Part shown: positions 38,146 through 46,978 of the stretch, one piece after another
Layout of the letters: each line of letters opens with the position of its first letter
Numbering within the stretch: position 1 is the stretch's first letter
Source of the DNA: Ktedonobacteraceae bacterium
GTDB lineage: Bacteria; Chloroflexota; Ktedonobacteria; Ktedonobacterales; Ktedonobacteraceae
Length of the DNA stretch: 64,000 bases
NCBI GenBank assembly: GCA_035294465.1
Contig: DATGKW010000054.1
Coordinates: 47,290 to 111,289, forward strand
Direction of reading: 5' to 3'
The notes under the pieces: generated by a model
Database searches by the model: none
What the model was told of the DNA's origin: nothing
What the model saw: the letters and a program-made list of their open reading frames with translations, nothing else
Translations under genes and position numbers: made by a program

Positions 38146-38532
38146 ATGGTCTGCCCACAATGTCGCGCCGGATGCGCGGCTGAAGATACATTCTGTCATC
38201 GTTGTGGAGCCGATTTGAGCCTCCAGTCAAAAAGCCTGGTTCCGGTGCAATCGCGTCTCCCTACCGTTTTGCGCAGCCCACAGTTGCCACGCCTGGCAGC
38301 GGGCGTGGGTGCTCTGGCAGTAGGTATCGGACTGGAATATTTGCGTCGTGGTTTGCTAGCTCGTCTGGCCCACTCGACCCGCTCGTCCAGGAAATTGCTG
38401 CCGACGTTCTCGCCCAACCCTGTTCGCGAACTGCTAGCGCCTGCGGAGAAAAAGCCGATAAAGCTGCCAAAGGGCTACCAGATTCATGAAACGGTAGTCT
38501 ATATGAGCCGGGTGATTCGTCGCGAAGATTAA
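38146..38532 (+). CDS. Zinc-ribbon membrane protein
   Basis: N-terminal MVCPQCRAGCAAEDTFCHRCGADL (CxxC...CxxC) followed by one TM segment. The ATG at 38146 is preferred over the TTG at 38128. Confidence 0.6.
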   Translation: MVCPQCRAGCAAEDTFCHRCGADLSLQSKSLVPVQSRLPTVLRSPQLPRLAAGVGALAVGIGLEYLRRGLLARLAHSTRSSRKLLPTFSPNPVRELLAPAEKKPIKLPKGYQIHETVVYMSRVIRRED

Positions 38533-38590
38533 TCCCTGCCTGAGACAAATTTTATCTGTCTCAGGCGTCCTGAATTGAAAAGAAATCTGC

Positions 38591-39550
38591 ATGGCTCTAC
38601 TCTTGCGAGACGGGGACGTACGTTCCCTGCTGGAAATCTCTGACGCGATAGATGCGCTGGAGCAGGCATTTACAGCCCTCTCATACGGTAATGCAATCAA
38701 CCGCCCCCGCGCGCGTCTGATCCAGTCGAATGGTATCTTACATATGCTCGCGGCCTCCTATGCGGGCGCAGGCGTGCTCGGCCTCAAGACATTCACCGTG
38801 TTTCATCAGGGAGTGCGCTCGGTCGTCCTGCTTTTTAGCTCGGAGGACGGTCGCTTGCTCGCGCTGATCGAGGCCGACTGGCTGGGGCAGATACGTACCG
38901 GCGCGACCAGCGGCCTGGCTACTCGGCATCTGGCGATACCCGAAGCCGACGAGGTTGGCCTGATAGGCGCAGGCAAGCAGGCAGCAACACAATTGATGGG
39001 TGTGTGCGCCGTACGTCCCATTCGTAAAATAGCTGTGTATAGCCGGCACCAGCCCGCGTGCGAAGCATTCTGCCAGCAAATGACACAGCAATTACAGGTT
39101 GAGGTGACACCCGCAACCAGTTCGCGTGAAGCTGTGGAAGAAGCCGACGTAGTAATTACTGCCACGACTGCTGGCGAACCGGTCTTCGATGGCGAATGGC
39201 TGAAGCCAGGCTGCCACGTCAACGCTATTGGCTCAAACTGGCCCAGAAGGCGTGAGATCGATGACACCACCCTGCAGCGCGCCAGCCTGATTGTAACCGA
39301 CTCGGTGGAGCAGGCCCGCTTAGAAGCTGGCGATCTCCTGATCCCCGCGAACGCGAAAAAGCTGGACTGGGAGAGCGTTTGGGAACTGGCGGACGTAGTG
39401 GCCGGCGACGGTCCCCAGCGCAATTCGTCCTACGATATCACGGTCTTCAAGGCTGTAGGCGTGGCTTTAGAAGATATTACAGTCGCCGCCCGCGCCTATA
39501 CCCTCGCCCGCGAGCGAGGCGTGGGCGAGGAGATCAAGCTACTTGGGTAA
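38591..39550 (+). CDS. Ornithine cyclodeaminase / mu-crystallin family NAD-dependent enzyme
   Basis: Family-typical N-terminus, the RTGATSGLATRHLA block and the Rossmann motif GLIGAGKQA. Confidence 0.85.
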   Translation: MALLLRDGDVRSLLEISDAIDALEQAFTALSYGNAINRPRARLIQSNGILHMLAASYAGAGVLGLKTFTVFHQGVRSVVLLFSSEDGRLLALIEADWLGQIRTGATSGLATRHLAIPEADEVGLIGAGKQAATQLMGVCAVRPIRKIAVYSRHQPACEAFCQQMTQQLQVEVTPATSSREAVEEADVVITATTAGEPVFDGEWLKPGCHVNAIGSNWPRRREIDDTTLQRASLIVTDSVEQARLEAGDLLIPANAKKLDWESVWELADVVAGDGPQRNSSYDITVFKAVGVALEDITVAARAYTLARERGVGEEIKLLG

Positions 39551-39556
39551 TGCTCT

Positions 39557-40981
39557 ATGCAACATTCACACGAACCCCCACGCCATAGAGAACCGCTTCA
39601 GCGTAGACTATCTCGCTTCAGCGGGAGCCTCTCGCTTCGCTGGACGCGTGCTTGCGCGCAGGAAGATTCGCGGGTTGTTCAGGCGTCAGGCGGAATCCGC
39701 TCTGAGCGGACGCTCCCCGATAAATCTGGAAAGGACACAATCAATCAGCTCTCCCCGGCAAGTTCTGCTCATGTGCTTCTCCTTCTAGCCGTGCTGCTAT
39801 TTAGTCTCGCCAGCTGTGCTACGAGCGGGGGGGTCTTCGGTGGAGGTGAATGGCAGGCCGGCAGCTTACAGAACCAGAATCTCCAGGTCCTCGCGGTTGA
39901 CCCCAATCATCTGCAAGATATTTACGCAGGCGATGCGCGAAATGGCATTTTCGTTAGCACCGATACGGGGCAGACCTGGAAGCCGAGCAACACGGGCCTA
40001 CCCGTTCCGCTGGCTATCCATGCCCTGTCTTTCGATACCCCCGGCAAAAAGCTCTATGCCGCCACCTCGGCCGGCCTCTTCGTCAGCAGCAATTTCGCTC
40101 GCTCGTGGAACCGCGTGACAGGCGTGCCCGTCGATGATTATACCGCCCTGACCTTCAATATCAACTCGTCACGCGTGATCTATGCCGCAGCCGCGCACGC
40201 AGGTCTGTTCGAGAGTGCAGACGATGGAGCCAGTTGGAAGAATATCAGTCATGGCCTGCCCGCTGGTTTGATTACCAGTATTCTCTACAATCCCGATCAA
40301 AATCAGCTCTGGGTGGCCTTTGCTAACGCGCTCTATCGCTCCGATAACGATGGCGCGAGTTGGCGCGTGATGGATAACGGCCTGCCTCCCGACGTGGGTA
40401 TCAACGCTCTCTGTCTGGGAATTGTCAGCAGTACCAGCAACATCATCACGCTCTTTGCAGGCACGAATCATGGCTTTTTCCTCTCAACAGACTCCGGCCT
40501 GCACTGGGCGCAGAGTCAGTCCTCGCTGGTTAAACTCCATATTAGCGCCGTGCTGCTCGACGCCACCCAGCCCAATATCGTCTATATCTCTACCAACATA
40601 GGCGTCCTGAGCAGCAATGATAATGGTCAGAACTGGGACCAGGTTGGCACCGGTCTGCCCAGAAACCAGCCTCTAGCCGGTCTTGCGCAAGGGGGCGCCA
40701 ACAACTCCCAGCTTTTCGTTGCCTCTCATGGCATCTATCTCTTTCCAGGCTACGGCGGGGCGGCTGCCGGCCCTGCGAACGTTTTCCCAATCATCCTGAT
40801 CCTGCTTTTTTTCGGTTTGCTCTATTACTTCTTTGTCATCCGCCGCCGTAACCTCGTCGGGCGCTTTGCGGCTCGACTGCGCGAGATGAACGAGCCAGAC
40901 GAGGGGAGCAGCCAGAACGGGCGAATTCCGGCACCAGGAAACATACACGACGCTGAGGGGGGCGAAAAAGAAGAGAAATAG
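39557..40981 (+). CDS. BNR/Asp-box repeat beta-propeller protein (Ycf48/sortilin-like), lipobox and C-terminal TM anchor
   Basis: Six SxDxGxxW-type boxes (STDTGQTW, SADDGASW, SDNDGASW, STDSGLHW, SNDNGQNW and one more). Lipobox LFSLASC. The true start is uncertain because the long Arg-rich N-terminus has no SD. Confidence 0.7.
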   Translation: MQHSHEPPRHREPLQRRLSRFSGSLSLRWTRACAQEDSRVVQASGGIRSERTLPDKSGKDTINQLSPASSAHVLLLLAVLLFSLASCATSGGVFGGGEWQAGSLQNQNLQVLAVDPNHLQDIYAGDARNGIFVSTDTGQTWKPSNTGLPVPLAIHALSFDTPGKKLYAATSAGLFVSSNFARSWNRVTGVPVDDYTALTFNINSSRVIYAAAAHAGLFESADDGASWKNISHGLPAGLITSILYNPDQNQLWVAFANALYRSDNDGASWRVMDNGLPPDVGINALCLGIVSSTSNIITLFAGTNHGFFLSTDSGLHWAQSQSSLVKLHISAVLLDATQPNIVYISTNIGVLSSNDNGQNWDQVGTGLPRNQPLAGLAQGGANNSQLFVASHGIYLFPGYGGAAAGPANVFPIILILLFFGLLYYFFVIRRRNLVGRFAARLREMNEPDEGSSQNGRIPAPGNIHDAEGGEKEEK

Positions 40982-40990
40982 CGCAATGGC

Positions 40991-41662
40991 ATGAAGGAAC
41001 ACAGTGGAGAGACAAAACATCTGGCTCACCCGCGCCTGCTCACCCATATATTGCTTGGAAGTGCGCTGGTGACGTTTTATCTGTTCGCTGCCCACCTGGT
41101 TCAAGGAGGCAGGCAGATTGAGCTTCTCGTTATCGCACTGGGATATCTCTGCCTGAGCCTGGCCTGCGTGAGTTTAGTGATCGGACCGCTCAGTCTGCTG
41201 CGCTGGCGTCGCAATCCCGTCAATATTGATCTCAGGCGCGATATCGGCATCTGGTCCGGCATTACAGGCTGCCTGCACGTGCTGTTAGTTCTGCGGGGTA
41301 GGATTCAAGGCGCTCTGCTCCTTCTTTATTTTCTACACGAGACGCCCCAGGGCTACGCACCGCTGTTCACTATCTATGGCGTCAGCAATGACGCAGGTCT
41401 GCTCGCCGCCATCCTTCTGCTTCTGCTGCTCGCGACCTCAAACACTGCATCACTGCGCTATCTGAAAGGAAAACGCTGGAAACTCCTGCAACGCCTGACT
41501 TATCTGCTCATACCGCTTATCCTGATCCACACCTTTGGTTATCAGTATTTGAATCTGCGCGGACCCCTCTTCGTCTGGAGCGTCATCGCGCTGAGCCTCC
41601 TCGTACTTATTTGCCAGAGCCTGGGGATAGCTTTGACGCTGACACGTCAAAAGCGCCACTAA
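40991..41662 (+). CDS. Ferric-reductase-like transmembrane (MsrQ/YedZ-like) haem-binding membrane protein
   Basis: Six TM segments with conserved His in LRRDIGIWSGITGCLHVLL and LTYLLIPLILIH, as in the PF01794-type domain. Confidence 0.6.
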   Translation: MKEHSGETKHLAHPRLLTHILLGSALVTFYLFAAHLVQGGRQIELLVIALGYLCLSLACVSLVIGPLSLLRWRRNPVNIDLRRDIGIWSGITGCLHVLLVLRGRIQGALLLLYFLHETPQGYAPLFTIYGVSNDAGLLAAILLLLLLATSNTASLRYLKGKRWKLLQRLTYLLIPLILIHTFGYQYLNLRGPLFVWSVIALSLLVLICQSLGIALTLTRQKRH

Positions 41663-41745
41663 ACCCGATTCAGGTCTCAATACATCAGCATAGCGGGACT
41701 GCGCAAGCAGATCAGACGAGCGCTGTTAAACCCTGGCCTGGCTGG

Positions 41746-42522
41746 CTATTCCTGTAGTTCCCGAATCGAACGTTCGATGCCGGGGATATCGGCGTATTCC
41801 TCGTCAAGCAGTTTGTAGCCGCGTTCGATGTAGAGTTCGGCCAGGCGAGCGCCGCGGGGTTGAGGACTGGTAGCGGCGGCGATGAGTTCATTGATACGGT
41901 ATTTTTCGGCCATCTGGCGCCCGATGCGCTGCATACGCTGTTTGGTCTCTTGCAGGAGGTGGGTATCTTTGCCATCCAGAGCGTAGCGCGCGACCCCGAT
42001 GAGCTTGCTTAACTCGGCCAGGCGCTGGCGCTCGGTCATGGTCTGGATCAAGAGTTCTTCTGCATCCATGTCGTCTAACGGCACCGGTTCGTCTTCGATA
42101 GAGGACAGGACGGCCGGCTCCTGCTTGAAGCGGCTGGCGTGATTCATATAGAGCTGCCCGTACTCCTGGCAGCCCTGCGCAACCATCTGCATGCGACCAG
42201 CCTCGTCGCGCGGGCTGATCGTGCCAATATCGCACAGATCGTCGTCGCGCTCCTCCGCCAGCATTTCCAGGTGCTCCAGAGAATTGCCTTCCTCCAGCAT
42301 CGGGGGAATCGGCATTACCGGCACGTTGGTCGCATCCTGAAGTTCCTCTAGTGAGAGCTGCGCGGCCAGGAAGGAGGGAAGGTACTTTGCCAGCGAAAGA
42401 GGCATAGGAGGCACAACGCAGTAAGTGCAGAGGACCGTGCGCGAATCAACGCTGCTGCGCGCGACAAAAATGGCATGCCCTTTGGGCGCTTGCGAATCGC
42501 CTCGTAAAAATCGAATCGTCAT
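41746..42522 (-). CDS. Hypothetical acidic 258 aa protein
   Basis: Complete ORF downstream of the TPR gene on the same strand. No recognisable motif. Confidence 0.55.
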   Translation of the reverse strand: MTIRFLRGDSQAPKGHAIFVARSSVDSRTVLCTYCVVPPMPLSLAKYLPSFLAAQLSLEELQDATNVPVMPIPPMLEEGNSLEHLEMLAEERDDDLCDIGTISPRDEAGRMQMVAQGCQEYGQLYMNHASRFKQEPAVLSSIEDEPVPLDDMDAEELLIQTMTERQRLAELSKLIGVARYALDGKDTHLLQETKQRMQRIGRQMAEKYRINELIAAATSPQPRGARLAELYIERGYKLLDEEYADIPGIERSIRELQE

Positions 42523-42693
42523 CTTTCTCAGTTGGCGGTGCCTGAAGTGCGTCTGCCTATTCAGGAGAAAGCGCCGCCACTCCTTTCCACTCGCTTTAGT
42601 AGCTCAAGCCTGAAATTGCCTGTCTCTATATAATATCTCTAGACGCCAACCGTTTTCAATAAATCTCTTCCAGTCAATCAGAAGTGTGCCTCA

Positions 42694-44922
42694 TTAAACT
42701 ACGCCTTTTCGTACCTGCCTCAGACGTCTGAGGAGCGCCTGATTCTCTGCGAGTTGTGAATCGATCAAATCCTCTCCCTGGAGAGGAATCGAGGCTTCAA
42801 ATGTCTCTAAGGAGCCCCTTACTTTATCTGCTCCTGCCACCTGGACAAAGCTCTGGAGGCTGGCGCGAGCCTCACGCTCCCGATCCAGGCGCGTCAGGAC
42901 GATAGCGTGCTGTGCATAAAGATCGGCGTACTGGTGCAGGAAGAGTTGCCACTGCTCAGGCTTCTTCAGGGTCTTCATGACCCGTTCAACGAGCGCAATA
43001 GCCTGAGCGAGTTCCTCCAGGGCTTGCTGAAAGTCTCCTCCGACCAGGAAAACGCCCGCACGTGCGTAGAGCGCGTCGGCTTCGCCCAACGGTTGCGGCT
43101 GCTGGCGATAAAGCGCGAGGGCTCGCTCAAAATGATTGAAGGCTTCATCGAATTGCTCTTTGCCCCGCTGCGCCAGGCCCAGAGCCAGTTCGGCATCTGC
43201 GCGTCCCAGCTGATCATCGGCCTGGTTGAAACGCAGGAGAGCGCCCTCGCAGTCCTCAACAGCCTCGTCCCAGACCTCCTGCCCAATCAACGTCTGGGCT
43301 ACACCGAGTATAGCTCTGCCATCCCCACCGGTGCTCTCTAACTGCCGGAACTGGCGGCCTGCCTCAATAAAGGTCGCGTTCGCCACCTCCAGTTCGCCAC
43401 GCGCCAATCGTGTGTTGGCCAGTTCAAGCAGCGCCTGGGCAGCCAGCAGTGGCATCTGGAGAGCCTCGGCCTGGTTATGGGCCTCACTCAATTGCGTCGC
43501 GGCCCGCTCAAAATCTCCTCTGGTCTGGAGCAGCAGACTTTCGGTAAGCAGCATACAGGGCGTGAGATCTCTGGCAAGCCGCTCAGAGACGATGAGCTTA
43601 CGCGCATTCTCTAGAGAATCTTCCGCCGCGCCCAGGTCGCCCCCAAGCATGGCGACGCGTGCCAGGCGCAGATCGAGCACGGCCCGTTCGACCTGCGGGA
43701 TCGGACCACTCTGGCGCATGATACGCTCCAGCGCCTCCTCATATTGACCTTTCGCCTGGGCCAGTTGTCCGCGCTGGCAATAGAGATCGCCAGTTCCCAC
43801 AAGAGCCGCGCGCACCACCTGCTCGCTATTCAGTTCCTGGGCCATAAGCCGGGCCCGGTGGAAGGAATCCAGCGCACGCGCGAGGAAACCGCGCTGGAGC
43901 TGAATTTCGCCAAGTTCAGCGGCGGCTTCGGCCTGCCCAACACGATAGGCAACAGCTTGATAGGTACGCAGGGCGCGATCCATCAACGAATTGGCATAGG
44001 TAAGCTGGCCACGTCGCGAGTGAATCCTGGCAAGCAGGCGATTGGCATTGGCTGTCCCCAGTGCGCTGTGCTGGTCGGTATACATTTGCAGGGCTTGCTG
44101 CGCGCTGGCCAGGGCCTGGTCGGCGCGATTGGAAAAATAAGCTACCTCGGCCAGTCCCAGATTGCAGTCAGCTATCCCCAGTTCGTATTCGATGTTGCGC
44201 GCGAGCGTAATGGCCTCGGCGAAGGTATCGCCAGCTTGATCCAGCAGGCGTTGCTCCAGCGCGATTCTGGCCAGTCCTGCCAGTGCATCAACCTCGCCAA
44301 AGGTATCATGCTGTTGCCTGTATACCTCCAGGCAGCGTGTATAGGCTGAGTTGGCTTCGACATAGCGCCCAAACAGGCGCAGAATATCTGCCGCACTGCG
44401 TCGCGCATCGGCCTCGTTGATTATATCCCCCGCGCTAATATACTCTTCAATCGCCCGTTGATAATACTCAAGAGCCTGCTCGACGCGCCCGCGCTGCAGG
44501 AAGATGTGCCCCATCGCCATTGCCACGTTGCCTCGCCCCTGCGCGTTGCCCAGCGAAAGATAGAGCGCCTGCGCATCCTCATATGCCTGCTGGGCAAGAT
44601 CCAGATGCGCCTGCTGACGCTCAATGTGTCCAAGCGAAAGAATCGCCCCGGCTTCGTTCAGAGGGTGCTTCGCCTGCCGGTAATGGTTGCGAGCCTTCTG
44701 ATAACTGATTGTGGCCTGCTCAAGCTGGTTGAGCTGCCGCTGGACATCCGCGATCATCATGCGACTATCGCCTGCCCGCTTGAAATCTCCCGCAAGCCGG
44801 AAACGAATCTCTGCATCACCAAACGCCTCCGCAGCCACATCTAGCTTTCCATCGTTAAAGGCTTCTATCCCCTTATCGAAACGCCTTTCGGCAGCTTTGC
44901 TATCCTGTTCGTGCGTTGCCAT
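42694..44922 (-). CDS. Tetratricopeptide-repeat protein (742 aa)
   Basis: Continuous 34-40 aa A/L/Y/G-periodic repeats (…A..Y..AL.....G….) throughout. GGAAGGA lies upstream of the ATG. Confidence 0.85.
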   Translation of the reverse strand: MATHEQDSKAAERRFDKGIEAFNDGKLDVAAEAFGDAEIRFRLAGDFKRAGDSRMMIADVQRQLNQLEQATISYQKARNHYRQAKHPLNEAGAILSLGHIERQQAHLDLAQQAYEDAQALYLSLGNAQGRGNVAMAMGHIFLQRGRVEQALEYYQRAIEEYISAGDIINEADARRSAADILRLFGRYVEANSAYTRCLEVYRQQHDTFGEVDALAGLARIALEQRLLDQAGDTFAEAITLARNIEYELGIADCNLGLAEVAYFSNRADQALASAQQALQMYTDQHSALGTANANRLLARIHSRRGQLTYANSLMDRALRTYQAVAYRVGQAEAAAELGEIQLQRGFLARALDSFHRARLMAQELNSEQVVRAALVGTGDLYCQRGQLAQAKGQYEEALERIMRQSGPIPQVERAVLDLRLARVAMLGGDLGAAEDSLENARKLIVSERLARDLTPCMLLTESLLLQTRGDFERAATQLSEAHNQAEALQMPLLAAQALLELANTRLARGELEVANATFIEAGRQFRQLESTGGDGRAILGVAQTLIGQEVWDEAVEDCEGALLRFNQADDQLGRADAELALGLAQRGKEQFDEAFNHFERALALYRQQPQPLGEADALYARAGVFLVGGDFQQALEELAQAIALVERVMKTLKKPEQWQLFLHQYADLYAQHAIVLTRLDREREARASLQSFVQVAGADKVRGSLETFEASIPLQGEDLIDSQLAENQALLRRLRQVRKGVV

Positions 44923-45250
44923 AAGATCTTATCCTTCCACCATTGAGTCTCTCGTCAGACTCTCCCGTTTCCTCTCCGATTCTGTGCAAGAGTCCATACT
45001 CATGCTGTCTGTCTGTGTAGTAAGTAAGCAATCTCTGTTTGTCAGATCGGAAGAAGGACACCTCGCTCTGTCTTGAGGACAGCGTTGGAGTTGATTGTCT
45101 CTCTTCTGTTATTCTAGTGTGTGCGTTGCAGAAAGTCAAAAAGCGACCTTGACAGCTCTGCTTTGATAGAGTACTCTCTAGACGGCAATCGATCACGCGG
45201 CATGCTCTACTCATTCTACGGTAACTTTTCTTTTAAGGAGTCTCTTTATC

Positions 45251-45679
45251 ATGTACGAAGACACCCTTGCCCACGTTGATCTTTTCTCCGGCCTCGACAA
45301 AAAAGATTTGCGCAACCTTGCCAACAGTTGCAGGGAGCGCAAGTTCCCGGCCGGCTCTGTGCTTATGCAGCAGGGCGATACAGGCGCCGGGCTATTTGTA
45401 ATCACCGCCGGCCATGTGAAGATCACTCAAGAAGTTCATCCTGATCGTGCAGAAGAGGACCTGGGCACAGCTGGCCCCGGCGATGTGCTGGGCGAGATGG
45501 CTCTTCTAGACGATCTGCCTCGCTCGGCCACTGTGACCGCGACCGACGAAGTGACAGCCTTGCTTCTGCCCATCTGGGACTTCCGTACAACGCTACGCAA
45601 TAATCCAGACATCGCCGTGAAACTGTTGGCTACGCTCAGCCACCGCCTGCGCAAAGCTGAAAGCCGTAATCGTGACTGA
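45251..45679 (+). CDS. Stand-alone cyclic-nucleotide-binding domain protein
   Basis: The cNMP-binding fold motifs GDTGAGLFVITAGHVKI and GEMALLDDLPRSATVTA are present, with no HTH. AAGGAG SD. Confidence 0.85.
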   Translation: MYEDTLAHVDLFSGLDKKDLRNLANSCRERKFPAGSVLMQQGDTGAGLFVITAGHVKITQEVHPDRAEEDLGTAGPGDVLGEMALLDDLPRSATVTATDEVTALLLPIWDFRTTLRNNPDIAVKLLATLSHRLRKAESRNRD

Positions 45680-45707
45680 TGCGTTCCGCAGGAATACAGC
45701 CCCTGCT

Positions 45708-46178
45708 CTATTCCTGCGGGTTGTCTCCTTGCTTACGGGATAGCAGATTTTGCAGCTCCTCTAGCATGGTTTCCAGGTCATTGAACGAGCGATAAACGCT
45801 GGCGAAACGGATATAGGCGATTTTGTCCATGCGGCGCAGGCGTTCCATCACAAGCTCACCTATTGCGCTGCTTGGCAATTCTTGTTTGCCCTGGCGGTAC
45901 AATTCCTGTTCGATTTCTTCTACCGCGTTCTCCATCTCGGCCACCGAAAGCGGGCGCTTCTCACACGCCTTGCTGATGCCAATAAACAACTTTTGCCGGT
46001 CGAATGGTTCGCGTCTCTGGTCGCGCTTGACGATCATTAACTGGAATTTTTCTACCCGTTCATAGGTGCTGAAACGCCCCTTGCACTGCTCACATTCGCG
46101 CCTGCGGTGGATGGCGTCACCTATGTCACGCGAGTCCTTGACACGCGATTCCGTATACCCACAAAATGGACATTTCAT
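45708..46178 (-). CDS. nrdR: Transcriptional repressor NrdR
   Basis: Start re-set to ATG 46178 (MKCPFCGYTESRVKDSR...CEQC zinc ribbon plus ATP-cone). Confidence 0.93.
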   Translation of the reverse strand: MKCPFCGYTESRVKDSRDIGDAIHRRRECEQCKGRFSTYERVEKFQLMIVKRDQRREPFDRQKLFIGISKACEKRPLSVAEMENAVEEIEQELYRQGKQELPSSAIGELVMERLRRMDKIAYIRFASVYRSFNDLETMLEELQNLLSRKQGDNPQE

Positions 46179-46265
46179 GCAGGCAGCCCCCTTGCTCTTT
46201 GCTGCATTCTGAGAGGCAATAAGTCTCATTTTACCATCGCTGTCAAAGCATGCGCAGCAGGAGCA

Positions 46266-46299
46266 GAGAAAAATGCGGTAGAGAAATGTCTACCGCATT
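46266..46299 (-). terminator. Intrinsic terminator (11 bp perfect stem plus T tract on the minus strand)
   Basis: aatgcggtaga (46272-46282) pairs with tctaccgcatt (46289-46299), followed on the minus strand by TTTTT. Confidence 0.75.
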
Positions 46300-46347
46300 C
46301 AGGAAATATGCATGTGCAAGAAAAAGGCTCTCCATTGAAATGAGGCG

Positions 46348-46563
46348 CTACGAAGACGCCGCAGCGACGGGACTGCTCGTTGTAGCCGAGCCGGTCCTGG
46401 TCTTGCCAACATAGCCTGACTTCAGACGCGATCCCTCACGCCAGTAGGCATACCAGTAGGGGCCATGACCCTGCCCACTTCGGCATGTGCTACATGATGC
46501 CTTGCCACACTTGCGAAATTGCAACTGATAGGTGATGTGTTGATCGCTAGGAATTCGTGCCAT
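46348..46563 (-). CDS. Small zinc-ribbon protein with HGPYWYAYWR motif (DUF-type, 71 aa)
   Basis: CGKASCSTCRSGQGHGPYWYAYWREGSRLKSGYVGK. It has its own terminator and an AT-rich upstream region. Confidence 0.6.
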   Translation of the reverse strand: MARIPSDQHITYQLQFRKCGKASCSTCRSGQGHGPYWYAYWREGSRLKSGYVGKTRTGSATTSSPVAAASS

Positions 46564-46978
46564 GTACCGCTACCCTCCCACAAAATAAAGAACTCAGACG
46601 ACGATCATGCATACATATGACATCATACCATAAATGTATGAACATTTCCTGAATTTGTATCTCTAAAAAATCATACAACATTCATCCATTTAGGATGATC
46701 GTTCTCCAGCAAAGATTATCTATCTAACATGTTTGTCATGCTGAGGCTTTTCTGTTAAGCTCTGCCTCATCTTATGTACAGATGTGCTATACTTAACCAT
46801 AAAATATTCTTCTTTATCGTTTGAGCGCGACCAGTCTCCATTTTATGCGCGTACACGCGTTCGCAGCGCTCGCCGAATATGCAGAAATGCAGCTTACTGG
46901 TTTCTGCAATACGTGCTCTCTTCTTCGCATGGGGAGGATATGCGAATTTCTAGCGGGGGAAGGTGAAGACGAAATTTG

